A stretch of DNA of 64,000 nucleotides from Chthonomonadales bacterium (lineage in GTDB: Bacteria; Armatimonadota; Chthonomonadetes; Chthonomonadales; CAJBBX01). The number at the start of each line of letters is the position of its first letter. Position 1 is the stretch's first letter. The position numbers and the translations under genes were made by a program. The stretch lies in NCBI GenBank assembly GCA_037443035.1, contig JBBIPC010000002.1:128001-192000 (forward strand), read 5' to 3'. Below the pieces are notes generated by a model. That model did no database searches, was not told the DNA's origin, and saw nothing but the letters and a program-made list of their open reading frames with translations. This document shows, piece by piece, positions 56,584 through 64,000 of the stretch.

Positions 56584-57990
56584 TCAGCGGCCTGTCGAGA
56601 CAGGGCGATCTTCGCCGCCTGTTCTGACCACAGCATCGAGAGCCATCTGGAATGTCAGGTTCACGAACCACGTCTTCGACTTCGTCAGATACTCGACTGT
56701 GGGTTCGATGGTCAGTACCTTGGCGTCCATTTCTCCTTTCCGCACGAACGCGAAGCCCGCCGACAGAACGTTCTCGCTGTAGGCGTACCGTACGGCTGTT
56801 TTGTTCGTCCGGAAGCCAATGCGGATCGGCGTCTCGTAGCGCCGCTCCCTCGGAATAGGGATCAGCGGTCTGGCCGGGATCCACTCGGCGCCGAAGTGGA
56901 AGTTCGTCACGGCCTTCCGAAAGTCCGTCTGGTCCTCGCTGTTCGCACCTGAGAATCGCTGGATTTCGGCAGCGATGACCACGCGATCCCGTTCGCCTGT
57001 CGCACTCTGCCCCGGAAGGAAGCTATTGTAAGCAACGCCGAGGGTCAGGCGGTCGGGCACCTCGGAAGCCATGGCCTCGCCAAAGCCCATCCCTTTCAGG
57101 TCGGCCTTGGACCGATAGCACGCCGCGAACGACCACGTTGTCGTGCTCGCTGTCAGCTTCTCGTCGCCGGTACCGAGCCCTGCTTGTGGCGGCACACCCG
57201 TCTGATAATAGACACCTAGCGAGAAACCGTCCCCATGTCCTCGGTCGACACGCTGCGTGTCCGTTTTCGACGTCACTTGCTGCTGGAGAGTGTCATCCCA
57301 AGCTGTCGTCTCCGTCTGATGGAGGCTCTGGGAATCGGACGTGACACGATAGTACGCGACGCCAACACCGAGCGTGCCCCGCTTGTTGGCCAGCGGAGAC
57401 CACTGATGCCCATAGGCGACGGTCAGATAGGAGTTGCGCATGAGCTGCCAATCGTGATCCAGGGTCTCGGAGAACGTCGTAGGATCGGCGACGGTGCCAA
57501 GGGTCCTTCGGCGCGTTGCATCGAGGTTGAAGTAGCCACCCAGAGTGTAGCTCACCCCGATCGTGCCAGTTCCCCCAGCCCACTTGGAGGAAAGCGGATA
57601 GACGAAGCTGGCAAAGGTCGGCTGCAGACCACCCGCACGACGATCCAGGGATTGTGAAAAGGTCTCCGGATCCGCAGTTGTGAGGCGCGACCAGCGAAGA
57701 TCGCTGGTTGTCTCGAGGCCAGGGCGGAAGTGCAACATTAGTTGGCGTCGTGTCAGCACGCCGAGTCGGCCGGGGTTCCAGAAGGTCGCGCTCGGGTCAT
57801 CGGCGATGGCCGAGTACGCATTGCCCATGGCCACAGACCTGGAACCCACACCGAGTGTCTGCAGAAAGTCCGGCCCTACCGTGTAGAACTCTGTGGTGCC
57901 CTGCCCGAAGCACGTGCCCGGCATGCTGACAGCGAGCACGACGACTGCGAGCAACCCCAGGTCCCGTACCCGCCGGGTAATCTCCATCAT
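56584..57990 (-). CDS. PorV/UPF0164/FadL-like outer-membrane beta-barrel protein
   Basis: Signal peptide; FLQTLGVGSRSVAMGNAYSAIADDPSATFWNPGRL; alternating amphipathic strands (LGVGVAYY, FSLGVYY, FHFGAEW). Confidence 0.8.
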   Translation of the reverse strand: MMEITRRVRDLGLLAVVVLAVSMPGTCFGQGTTEFYTVGPDFLQTLGVGSRSVAMGNAYSAIADDPSATFWNPGRLGVLTRRQLMLHFRPGLETTSDLRWSRLTTADPETFSQSLDRRAGGLQPTFASFVYPLSSKWAGGTGTIGVSYTLGGYFNLDATRRRTLGTVADPTTFSETLDHDWQLMRNSYLTVAYGHQWSPLANKRGTLGVGVAYYRVTSDSQSLHQTETTAWDDTLQQQVTSKTDTQRVDRGHGDGFSLGVYYQTGVPPQAGLGTGDEKLTASTTTWSFAACYRSKADLKGMGFGEAMASEVPDRLTLGVAYNSFLPGQSATGERDRVVIAAEIQRFSGANSEDQTDFRKAVTNFHFGAEWIPARPLIPIPRERRYETPIRIGFRTNKTAVRYAYSENVLSAGFAFVRKGEMDAKVLTIEPTVEYLTKSKTWFVNLTFQMALDAVVRTGGEDRPVSTGR

Positions 57991-58058
57991 TGCTGACTCT
58001 CCTCTCATCGTCGTTCGGAAGCGGCGGCGAGCCGCCAGGGCCCGCCGCCAGCTTGGTA

Positions 58059-61000
58059 TTACCGGGTCAGCGATACCCGGAACGTTATCTGATCGGTCGT
58101 GCCCGGGTTACCCAGCACGTCCTTCGCGTCGCTGATGCGAACCGTATACTCCTTGCCGTAGGAATAGCCCGTCCGCAGGATGGGTAGCTGCCAGATAACC
58201 ATGTAGCCATCGTCAGCACTACCAGACACGGTCGCCGAACCGTATAGCTTGTCCACCAAGTTCGGCTTGGTCAGTGCATCGGCCAGCGACAGATTGAAGG
58301 AACCGCTCGGCCCCTGAACGGTAACCGTCACGGATGGTGCGTTCAGCTCGTTGGTTCCGCTCAGCAGCTTGGCCAGCGGCGCCCGTGCTCCCGACGGCTC
58401 TCCAGCGCTATGATCCACGCGGAAGATCAGCGTGAGGATGCTCCCCATGGCTACCGACGGCGGCAGGGTCGAGCCAGGTATGGGCGAGGTGATCTTGACC
58501 ACCGGGCCTGCGTTGTCCACAATGACCGACTTCGAATCCTGGTTCGCGTTGCCGATGCGATCGGTAGCCGACAGCACGAGATCCACAGCGCCGATGGACG
58601 TCGTGGTATTCCAGCTCTGGCTGATGGCGCCCGATGCCGTGCCAGATGCCAGCGAACTCGTTCCGGCCTTCAGCTCCCACTGCTTCAGGTAGGCGTCACT
58701 AACGTTGCCGGTGACGGTTACTGTGCCCTTAACAAACACGCGAGACCCAACGACCTGGTTCGGCGTCGGGTTATCGAGGCTCACCGTCGGCTTGACATTG
58801 TCCGCGATCACTGTCACGGTCTTTTCATCGGTGAAGCCTACTTTGTCCGTCGCCTTCAGCCGGAAGGTATGCGCACCTTCGCCACTCGTCGTGTAGGACT
58901 CCGAGACTCCGCCGCTCGCCGTGCCGGTCTTCACGAAGGACGCATCGTTATCATCGGTCAGGCGCCAATCCAACAGGTTCGCGTCAATGACGCTGCCGAC
59001 AAGCCTGATGACTCCCTGAACGAAGAAGTCAGCTCCGTCCTGAACCTTCGGGAGAGCATCAATGGCTACTGCCGGTGGCGTGTTATCTACGGTGATCAGC
59101 ACGGATACGTTGTCGGTGACGTTTCCAGCCTTGTCAACTGCCACCAGTTTGATCACGTGTACGCCGTCGGCGCCCAACGTAGTGTTCAGGCTCGCGCTCG
59201 CCGAAGGCCCGCTTCCTGACCCGCCAGGTACGGGGCTGCCGTTGTCCAGCCACTGCCAGCTCGACAGGTTCGCGTCCGTCACCGTACCGGTCAGTGTGAT
59301 CGTACCCTTCACCACGGCGCCGTTTGTCGGAGCGGTTATGCTCACGCTAGGCGCAATGTTGTCTGCGATGACGGTGAATGTCGCAGGTGGGGCAGGATTG
59401 GCCGCCTTGTCGGTCGCGTTGAGTGTGAATGTGTGGGTGCCGTCTTTGCCTGCCGTGTCATAATCGAACACGAAGTTCGCGGTCGCTCCGGTCTGCACGA
59501 AACCGGCGTCACCAGTATCCGTCAGCGTCCAGGACTGGAGATTGGCGTCGGCAATCGTGCCAGCAACCTTCACGACTCCCTTGACGAAGCGATCCGACCC
59601 CACGATGACTACCGGTGCGACGGTGAGTGTCAGAACCGGTGAAGCTGTGTCAACGGTGACAGTGACCGTCGCCTCGCTGACGTTGCCCGCCTTATCGGCA
59701 ACAACGAGCTTGAGGACGTGTGTGCCGTCGCTGGCCGGGTTCCATGCGGCGTCGGCCGGAAGTGTCGTTCCCGACGCAAAGACAACGCCGTTATCGAGCC
59801 ATTCCCATTTCGCAAGGTTTGTTTCCGTCACCGTGCCTGAGGCCGTGACCGGACCAGCGATGAAGGCGCCGTTGGTTGGACTCGCGACGACCACCACGGG
59901 TGGCGTGTTGTCTACGGTAACCGAGATCGCGTCGGCTGCCGCCGCGTTGGTGTTCCCTGCTTTGTCCGTCGCCAGAACCTTGATCGTGTGGGCCCCTTCA
60001 GCAAGTGCGGTGGTGTCGAGGCTAAACGCCACGGTACTTCCAGGTACTGTACCGGGCGGGTTCAGGGTCGTCCCGTCTATCTGGATCTCGAACACGTCCG
60101 GGTTCACATCGTTGATTGCCGCGTTGAGCGCCACGACGCCACGAACGAATGCGCCGTTGGCAGGCGAAGTGATGGTCACCACGGGCGCGATGTTGTCCAC
60201 AGTGACGATGACGCTAGTGTCCACCGTGGCGCCGGCCAGGTTCTTGGCGAAGAGCTTGATCGTATGACGACCGTCTTTGCCCGTTGTGTCCCAGTCGAAC
60301 TCGAATGGGCCACTGGCATTGCCGTCGGTCAGTTTCGATGGAGAAGAATCGAGGTCGTGAAGCTCCCACTTGTCCAGAGCCGGTACCGCAACCGTGAACT
60401 TGATCTTCTTCGTGCCTCGAACGTACGCACCGTCCGAGGGGTCTGTAATGCTCACGGTACCAACCGTAACCACAGTCACCTGAATGGTGTCGGCGACCGC
60501 CGCGTTGGACAGACCCGCTTTGTCCGTGGCGAGGATCTTGAGCGTCACGACCGTGCCAGAGGCGATAGCGCTCGTATCCCACACTGCCGATACGCTGGTC
60601 GTCGTGCCAGTTGCGCCAGGGATGTCGTTGAAACCGCCACCGGTGTCGAACTGTATCTTCCAACTGTCGAGATTGCATTCGGTCACGGCACCAGTGATCT
60701 GGACAGTGCCCGTAACGAACTCGCCGTTCCCAGGCCTCGAGAATTTCACCGCTGGGACGGCGTTGTCCACCGTAACAGTGACGCTTGCCGAGCCCACGTT
60801 GAACTGAGCGTCAGTGGCCTCGAGTGTCAGAGTATGGACTCCATCCGGCACGAGGGTGGTATCCCATGTGTACGCGACCGGGCTTCCGGCGCCCGACGCC
60901 AGGACTACGCCATTGTCCAGCAATCGCCAAGTAACGCTCGAAGCATCCGTGATGGTCGCTGCAACAGCAAAGGTGGCCCCTGTTACGAATTGGGACGGAG

Positions 61001-62108
61001 TTGGTGAACTGAACGCCGCAACAGGAGCAGTACGGTCGGTGGTCACGGCGAAGGTGCCTACGGCCGGCTCTCTCCTGGTGTTGCCCGCGTTGTCCTGAGC
61101 GTAGACGACAACGTTGAACGTTCCCTCGGTAGCAGTCTCGTAGTCTACGCTCCAGGTGACATCTTTGTTGTAATCCGAGCCAAACTCGAGCTGGGCTGGA
61201 ACGACAACCGTGGGGCCTACTGGAGGCGTGATCTCCACGTCTACTGCTCGAATACCCGACGAGCCATCCGCGAAGGCGCCAGTAAGGCGGAACACGTTCT
61301 GGCGAACGAAGGAAGTGGAAATCCCTGCCTTCTTCACGGGCGGTGTCGGATCTATGATCACGCGTCTCTGGAAGATGTTCGACGTGACGCTGCCCGGCTG
61401 ACTCTGGTAGCGAACGCCGATTGTCTCGATCTGTTCCCGCAGACCAGGTCCCATCGGGTCATTGCCCAGAGCGAACACAGCCGGCAGGGCTGTACTCCCT
61501 ACCGTCTGCACGTTGAATTTCTCGTAGTTGGTTGGTGTGTAGACCTGGTTCACCGAGGTCGGGGAACTGAGCGTCACTTGGTCAATAGTCTTGCCAGCCC
61601 CAGCGTCTCCTCGCACTACAACCGGGATGAGCAGGGGTTGGGTCGGATCCCCAAGCACAGCGCCCTGGCCCGCGAAGACGTCCGTCAACAGCTCCAGGGA
61701 ACCCCCTGGGAAGAAGTTCCGGACCTTCACCGTGATAGTCTGGGCTACGCCCGCCACCCCGGCGCGGTACGGGGTGACAGTGAGGGTGACCGTATCGCTC
61801 GGTGCAACCCCGGACAGATCCCACGTCCAATACCAGACCGCGCCCTTGACGAGTGCACCTGCCTCCGGCCCCCCATTGACCGAGATCCGTACTTCGTCGG
61901 CCAGATGGCATGTTCCGTTCACGAGGTAGACAGGTGGCGATACGTTCTTGTTGATGATGGCCCCGTTGAACGGGTTCACAACCCTGACCGTGGTAGCGGC
62001 CGATGCCGCCACCGCCAGTCCAGCGGCTAGGAGAGCCGCTAGCACTGGCGCCATCGGAGGACAAATGCGTCCCATCCGTGGCTTCCTTTCCGCGCAACTC
62101 TCAAGCAT
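58059..62108 (-). CDS. Exported multi-Ig-like-domain surface protein
   Basis: AAGGAG RBS before ATG 62108; signal LAALLAAGLAVAASA; about ten ~95-aa repeats of pattern DN..P.V.I.SP.NGA.V.G...WDTT...DG.HT.KL.ATDKAGN. Confidence 0.9.
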   Translation of the reverse strand: MLESCAERKPRMGRICPPMAPVLAALLAAGLAVAASAATTVRVVNPFNGAIINKNVSPPVYLVNGTCHLADEVRISVNGGPEAGALVKGAVWYWTWDLSGVAPSDTVTLTVTPYRAGVAGVAQTITVKVRNFFPGGSLELLTDVFAGQGAVLGDPTQPLLIPVVVRGDAGAGKTIDQVTLSSPTSVNQVYTPTNYEKFNVQTVGSTALPAVFALGNDPMGPGLREQIETIGVRYQSQPGSVTSNIFQRRVIIDPTPPVKKAGISTSFVRQNVFRLTGAFADGSSGIRAVDVEITPPVGPTVVVPAQLEFGSDYNKDVTWSVDYETATEGTFNVVVYAQDNAGNTRREPAVGTFAVTTDRTAPVAAFSSPTPSQFVTGATFAVAATITDASSVTWRLLDNGVVLASGAGSPVAYTWDTTLVPDGVHTLTLEATDAQFNVGSASVTVTVDNAVPAVKFSRPGNGEFVTGTVQITGAVTECNLDSWKIQFDTGGGFNDIPGATGTTTSVSAVWDTSAIASGTVVTLKILATDKAGLSNAAVADTIQVTVVTVGTVSITDPSDGAYVRGTKKIKFTVAVPALDKWELHDLDSSPSKLTDGNASGPFEFDWDTTGKDGRHTIKLFAKNLAGATVDTSVIVTVDNIAPVVTITSPANGAFVRGVVALNAAINDVNPDVFEIQIDGTTLNPPGTVPGSTVAFSLDTTALAEGAHTIKVLATDKAGNTNAAAADAISVTVDNTPPVVVVASPTNGAFIAGPVTASGTVTETNLAKWEWLDNGVVFASGTTLPADAAWNPASDGTHVLKLVVADKAGNVSEATVTVTVDTASPVLTLTVAPVVIVGSDRFVKGVVKVAGTIADANLQSWTLTDTGDAGFVQTGATANFVFDYDTAGKDGTHTFTLNATDKAANPAPPATFTVIADNIAPSVSITAPTNGAVVKGTITLTGTVTDANLSSWQWLDNGSPVPGGSGSGPSASASLNTTLGADGVHVIKLVAVDKAGNVTDNVSVLITVDNTPPAVAIDALPKVQDGADFFVQGVIRLVGSVIDANLLDWRLTDDNDASFVKTGTASGGVSESYTTSGEGAHTFRLKATDKVGFTDEKTVTVIADNVKPTVSLDNPTPNQVVGSRVFVKGTVTVTGNVSDAYLKQWELKAGTSSLASGTASGAISQSWNTTTSIGAVDLVLSATDRIGNANQDSKSVIVDNAGPVVKITSPIPGSTLPPSVAMGSILTLIFRVDHSAGEPSGARAPLAKLLSGTNELNAPSVTVTVQGPSGSFNLSLADALTKPNLVDKLYGSATVSGSADDGYMVIWQLPILRTGYSYGKEYTVRISDAKDVLGNPGTTDQITFRVSLTR

Positions 62109-62436
62109 GGTAGCTCCTTTCGTTGCAGACTGCGTCCGCCGCGGGTTCAAGAGGGCGTGCACGGTCCACCATTGCCCACCTGGCGGCGCTTACGATCACG
62201 TCTCGAGCTCATCGCGCAATGATTTCAGACCGATCTCCCCAACCGGAGCAGATGACGCGCCCTTCACGGCGCAGAGAGCATTCTTATGATGATACGCCCG
62301 CTCTAGGCTTGTTTCCTCCGCTTTCGCGTAGGATTCTCCGTTTTCCTGCACGAACCAAGAACCACCTGCATACGTACAGGCTGGCTAAGAACCATGCTCG
62401 ATCGCAGTTGGAGACGGCGAGCGCGGGGGGATCATC

Positions 62437-63525
62437 ATGAGCGGCTCATCCATACCACAGTCAATGCGTGCCGTACGTTGCCACGCTCCGGGAGATTATC
62501 GCCTGGAGGAAGTGCCGGTACCGCAAACCGGTCCTGGCGAGGTGCTGATCGAGGTCGAAGCGTGTGGCGTCTGTGCTTCTGACGTAAAGTGCTTTGGCGG
62601 AGCGCCACTGTTCTGGGGCGATTCGACGCGTCCGAGGTACGTAGAGCCCCCCGTCATACCAGGCCATGAGTTTGTCGGCCGCGTCGTTGCGGTCGGAGAA
62701 CACGCAGATGCAGAGCATAGCATCGCGGTTGGCTCGAGAGTCATCTCCGAGCAGATCGTCCCCTGTCGGCGATGCCGGCAGTGCGCTGCCGGCCGGTACC
62801 ACCTATGCGAGGCGAACCTTGTTTACGGTTTCCGACAAGCGAGCCAAGGGGCCATGGCAGAGTACATGCTGTTTCCTTCGACCGCCATCGTACACAGAGT
62901 GCCGGATGGCTTGCCCCTTGAGCAAGCTGCTCTGATCGAACCGCTGGCATGTTCCATGCATGCCGTCGAACGGTCGCAGATGGCGCTGGGTGACGTGGTG
63001 GTCATCGCGGGGGCGGGGACTCTCGGCCTCGGCATGGTAGCTGCTGCCCGGCTGAGGAATCCAGGCAGCTTGATCGTTCTGGACCGCTTCGACCACCGCT
63101 TGGATGTCGCGCGGAGTCTCGGCGCGGACGTCGTGCTGAACGTGGTCTCTGCGGACCCTGTCGAGGAGATTCTGGCGCTGACCGATGGATACGGCTGCGA
63201 TGTCTACATAGAAGCAACTGGCCAGCCCGACGCCGTGAATCAGGGTCTGCGCATGCTCCGAAAGGGCGGCACCTTCGTGGAGTTCTCCGTCATGTCGCGC
63301 GAGACAGCCACGGACTGGACCATCATTGGTGACGGCAAGGAACTCACCATCTACGGTGCGCATCTTGGGCCGTACTGCTATCCGAAGGTCATCGGCTATC
63401 TGGAGCGCGGCCTGCTCCGAACGGACGGGATTGTGACACACTGTCTTCCCATCGAGCGGTTCCGTGAAGCCTTCGAGCTTGTTCATGCTGGCGGAGAGAG
63501 CATCAAGGTGTTGCTCGTGCCGTAG
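62437..63525 (+). CDS. Zinc-dependent alcohol/polyol dehydrogenase (erythritol/threitol dehydrogenase-like)
   Basis: CGVCASD, PGHEFVG, CRRCRQC...C structural Zn motif, IAGAGTLGL; substrate is an inference. Confidence 0.9.
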   Translation: MSGSSIPQSMRAVRCHAPGDYRLEEVPVPQTGPGEVLIEVEACGVCASDVKCFGGAPLFWGDSTRPRYVEPPVIPGHEFVGRVVAVGEHADAEHSIAVGSRVISEQIVPCRRCRQCAAGRYHLCEANLVYGFRQASQGAMAEYMLFPSTAIVHRVPDGLPLEQAALIEPLACSMHAVERSQMALGDVVVIAGAGTLGLGMVAAARLRNPGSLIVLDRFDHRLDVARSLGADVVLNVVSADPVEEILALTDGYGCDVYIEATGQPDAVNQGLRMLRKGGTFVEFSVMSRETATDWTIIGDGKELTIYGAHLGPYCYPKVIGYLERGLLRTDGIVTHCLPIERFREAFELVHAGGESIKVLLVP

Positions 63526-63531
63526 TTCACG

Positions 63532-64000
63532 ATGCATTACGACCTTATCATCGTCGGTGCAGGACCTGCGGGCGGTTCTTCGGGCCTGGCGGCGGCGCGT
63601 GCCGGGCTGCGAGTCGCCATCGTAGACCGTAGGTTACTGCCACGCCACAAGACCTGCGGTGGTGGGGTGCCCATGGGGGTGGCGCCGTATCTGGAAGGGT
63701 TCGACCCGCGCCCGATAGCCGAGGCGACCGTTCGTCGTATGCATCAGACGTTCCTGTTCGGGCGGTCGGTCATTGCGCCGATGAATGCGCCAGACGATCG
63801 CCCTCAGGTGGAACTATGGTGTGTTCGGCGCGATGTGTTCGACCATGCCTTGGCGTCGGCGGCTGCCCAGCATGGTGCGGACATCCTCGAAGGCATCCGC
63901 GTGGACGGAGTCGAAGCTAGGGGCGCGGAGATAGTCGTTACTGGACGCTCTCAGGGCAGCGGAGTTGCATGGCGGGCGTCGGCCGACCACGTCATCGCGG
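63532..64000 (+). CDS. Geranylgeranyl reductase family FAD oxidoreductase, N-terminal part (runs off the right edge)
   Basis: Not in the ORF track; manual translation MHYDLIIVGAGPAGG...LPRHKTCGGG...VRRDVFDHAL. Confidence 0.88.
   Translation, partial: MHYDLIIVGAGPAGGSSGLAAARAGLRVAIVDRRLLPRHKTCGGGVPMGVAPYLEGFDPRPIAEATVRRMHQTFLFGRSVIAPMNAPDDRPQVELWCVRRDVFDHALASAAAQHGADILEGIRVDGVEARGAEIVVTGRSQGSGVAWRASADHVIA

Noticed and set aside
1..64000. CRISPR arrays, tRNA/rRNA genes, IS elements
   Set aside because: No spaced direct repeats, RNA gene signatures or transposase motifs noticed by eye; intergenic gaps are short. Not verified computationally.

Overview
High-GC bacterial window, probably from a diderm (Armatimonadota-like gene content is my inference only). 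It has four parts. (1) 1-19.2 kb holds housekeeping and carbohydrate genes: a GH2 glycosidase cut by the window edge and absent from the ORF track, a DUF1080 protein, a large putative glycoside hydrolase, a class II aldolase, two tandem cyclophilins, hisF-hisI, an S55 peptidase/beta-propeller fusion, an ADP-ribosylglycohydrolase, a class III aminotransferase, a cupin, a TPR protein and an orphan ABC permease. (2) 19.7-49.4 kb is a near-complete contractile injection system (eCIS/CIS) on the + strand: Pvc16-like, sheath, tube, tail-assembly chaperone, a start-less DUF6760-like ORF apparently reached by a -1 frameshift at GGGGGAA, a 2.5-kaa protein in the tape-measure position (lipase-like, 11-residue Trp repeats, DUF4157, nucleotidyltransferase-like motif), a second tube, a Pro-rich protein, a LysM tube initiator, VgrG, PAAR, gp25, baseplate J, tail-I-like and DUF4159-like genes. 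Two single-pass membrane proteins follow behind their own sigma70-type promoter. No AAA+ ATPase, lysis genes, capsid or T6SS membrane complex is visible. (3) 49.5-62.1 kb is a convergent - strand gene run: an Ig-repeat surface protein, a PorV/FadL-like barrel, an exported caspase-family protease, a LuxR-HTH/hydrophobic helix/beta-propeller regulator and an exported TPR protein. (4) The window ends with a Zn polyol dehydrogenase and a truncated geranylgeranyl-reductase-family gene. No rRNA, tRNA, CRISPR or transposase was seen. All family calls come from motif recognition by eye, not from database searches.
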